A stretch of DNA of 34,924 bases, taken from contig JBKJRJ010000396.1 in assembly GCA_046594705.1 (NCBI GenBank), positions 1 through 34,924 of the forward strand, given 5' to 3'. The position numbers and the translations under genes are program-made. Below the pieces are notes generated by a model that saw only the letters and a list, made by a program, of their open reading frames with translations, was not told where the DNA came from and ran no database searches. The DNA is from Vicinamibacterales bacterium (lineage in GTDB: Bacteria; Acidobacteriota; Vicinamibacteria; Vicinamibacterales; 2-12-FULL-66-21). Numbering within the stretch: position 1 is the first letter of the stretch; every line of letters starts with the position of its first letter. Shown here piece after piece: positions 33,358-34,924 of this stretch.

Positions 33358-34448
33358 TGCTCTATCACCTGCTCTACGTGCAGCTCCATACCGCGGTCCC
33401 GGTATTCAATGTCTTCCGTTACATCACGTTCCGGACGGCCGGCGCGAGCGTGACGGCGCTCGCCCTGAGCCTGATCCTGGGGCCGATCCTGATCCGGCGC
33501 CTGCGTGCATTTCAGATCGGCCAGGTGATCCGCCAGGACGGGCCGCAGACCCATCGCGCCAAGGCCGGCACGCCGACAATGGGCGGCCTGCTCATCCTGT
33601 CCTGCGCGATCGTGCCCACCCTGCTGTGGGCCAACCTGACCAATGCCTACATCTGGATTGCGGTGATTGCGACCGCGGGCTTCGGCGCCGTGGGGTTCGC
33701 GGACGACTACCTGAAGATTGTGCGCCGGTCGCATCACGGCCTCTGGCCGCGCTACAAGATGGGCTGGCAGATTGTCATCGGCATCGGCGTCGGGCTGGCG
33801 CTGATGGCGCTAGGGCGCTTCGACCTCTACAACACGCACCTGCTGTTCCCCTTCTTCAAGCGGCTGATCCCCGATCTCGGCTGGGCCTACGTCCTGTTCG
33901 CCGCCTTCGTCTGCGTGGCGTGGACCAACGCGGTCAACCTCACCGACGGCCTCGACGGCCTCGCGATTAGCGTCTTTGCCGTCGCCGCGACGGCGCTGAC
34001 CGCGCTGACCTACGTGAGCGGCCACCGCGTCTTCGCCGAGTACCTCCAGCTGTCCACCGTATCGCCGCTCATCGGCGAGCTCACGATTTTCGGCGGGGCG
34101 CTGGTCGGGGCCAGCCTCGGGTTCCTCTGGTACAACTCGTATCCCGCCGACATCTTCATGGGCGACGTCGGCTCGCTCGGGCTGGGCGGCGCGCTGGCCA
34201 CCGTCGCGCTCCTCATCAAGCAGGAGTTCGTCCTCGTCATCGTCGGCGGCGTGTTCGTGATCGAGGCGGCGTCGGTGGTCCTGCAGGTCGGGTCGTTCAA
34301 GCTGACCGGCAAGCGCATCTTCCGGATGGCGCCGCTGCATCACCACTTCGAACTCATCGGCTGGAGCGAGCCGAAGGTCATCGCCAGGTTCGTCATCCTG
34401 GCGATCATCTTCGCGCTGTTCAGCCTCACCACCCTGAAGCTGCGATGA
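33357..34448 (+). CDS. mraY: phospho-N-acetylmuramoyl-pentapeptide transferase MraY
   Basis: Start re-called to ATG at 33357, in a TGATG 1-nt overlap with the murF stop. The product is 363 aa. MLYHLLY..., [30 protein letters not shown] and APLHHHFEL are present. The 560-aa track ORF is this gene plus an out-of-context extension across murF. Confidence 0.95.
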   Translation: MLYHLLYVQLHTAVPVFNVFRYITFRTAGASVTALALSLILGPILIRRLRAFQIGQVIRQDGPQTHRAKAGTPTMGGLLILSCAIVPTLLWANLTNAYIWIAVIATAGFGAVGFADDYLKIVRRSHHGLWPRYKMGWQIVIGIGVGLALMALGRFDLYNTHLLFPFFKRLIPDLGWAYVLFAAFVCVAWTNAVNLTDGLDGLAISVFAVAATALTALTYVSGHRVFAEYLQLSTVSPLIGELTIFGGALVGASLGFLWYNSYPADIFMGDVGSLGLGGALATVALLIKQEFVLVIVGGVFVIEAASVVLQVGSFKLTGKRIFRMAPLHHHFELIGWSEPKVIARFVILAIIFALFSLTTLKLR

Positions 34449-34924
34449 CCGCCAACCCTTCGTTCTCCGTCTCGGGCAAGCGGGTCGTGGTGGTCGGCGC
34501 CGCGCGAAGTGGCGTCGCGGCGGCGGAGCTGCTGGTGCGCCGCGGTGCCGCCGTCACGCTGACCGACCTGCGTGACCGCATCGCCGAGGACGCGCAGCTG
34601 CGCGGCGCCGGTGTGGCGCTCGAGCTCGGCGGCCATCGCGAGGCCACCCTGCTCGGCGCCGATCTGATCGTCCTCAGCCCCGGCGTCCCCTCCACCCAGC
34701 CCGCGATCGCGCAGGCGCGCGCGGCCGGCGTGCCCGTCATGGGCGAGCTGGAGCTGGCGTCGCGCTGGCTGCGCGGCCGGATTGTCGCGATCACCGGCAC
34801 CAAGGGGAAGTCGACGACGACGACGCTGACGGGACGGATGCTGGAGGCCGGCGGCCACCACGTGCTGGTCGGCGGCAACATCGGCCTCGCGCTCAGCGCG
34901 CAGGTCGACGAGTCCACCGCGGAC
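34445..34924 (+). CDS. murD: UDP-N-acetylmuramoylalanine--D-glutamate ligase MurD, N-terminal 160 codons (runs off the window)
   Basis: Absent from the ORF track because it has no in-window stop. Hand translation gives [35 protein letters not shown]...[20 protein letters not shown]. An ATGA overlap links it to the mraY stop. Confidence 0.9.
   Translation, partial: MTANPSFSVSGKRVVVVGAARSGVAAAELLVRRGAAVTLTDLRDRIAEDAQLRGAGVALELGGHREATLLGADLIVLSPGVPSTQPAIAQARAAGVPVMGELELASRWLRGRIVAITGTKGKSTTTTLTGRMLEAGGHHVLVGGNIGLALSAQVDESTAD

Noticed and set aside
1-34924. Search by eye for CRISPR arrays, tRNA/rRNA genes, IS elements or terminal inverted repeats, integrases, toxin-antitoxin genes or classic defence genes.
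   Set aside because: None were found. The only non-coding repeats are the heptamer inverted array (6565-6665) and the MraZ boxes. No transposase-, recombinase- or nuclease-like translation was seen in any credible frame.

Overview
This is a high-G+C bacterial chromosomal window with two divergent blocks. By eye I found no rRNA, tRNA, CRISPR array, transposase or integrase. The lineage cannot be assigned without a database search. Block 1 (26402 down to the left edge, minus strand) is one very tightly packed run of 22 genes that looks like a single envelope-glycan operon. It contains 2 GT4, 4 polyprenyl-phosphate-type GT2, 3 polytopic GT-C-like membrane proteins, a GT9 and a Wzx-type flippase. 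It also has an MBOAT plus SGNH O-acyl pair, a DegT aminotransferase with two extended SDRs, a SAM methyltransferase and three radical SAM enzymes (one B12-binding, two with a reduced SPASM motif). One secreted STN-like protein with a P/Q/M-rich tail sits in the operon, and it is flanked by the only two long, highly structured spacers. Block 2 (26576 to the right edge, plus strand) is a canonical dcw cluster, mraZ-rsmH-ftsL-ftsI-murE-murF-mraY-murD. It is preceded by a near-consensus sigma70-type promoter and three GTGGA boxes at 10-bp phasing, the expected form of an MraZ operator. The supplied ORF track lists only ORFs closed inside the window, so it omits two edge-truncated genes (1..1214 minus, 34445..34924 plus). 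It also takes the longest start, which over-extends several genes, and I re-called those starts using recurrent ATGA/GTGA stop-start overlaps. The most interesting candidate system is the pairing of multiple GT-C/polyprenyl-P-sugar modules with radical SAM enzymes and an embedded secreted protein. I do not recognise this as a described pathway. All family calls come from motif recognition by eye and need HMM or structure confirmation.
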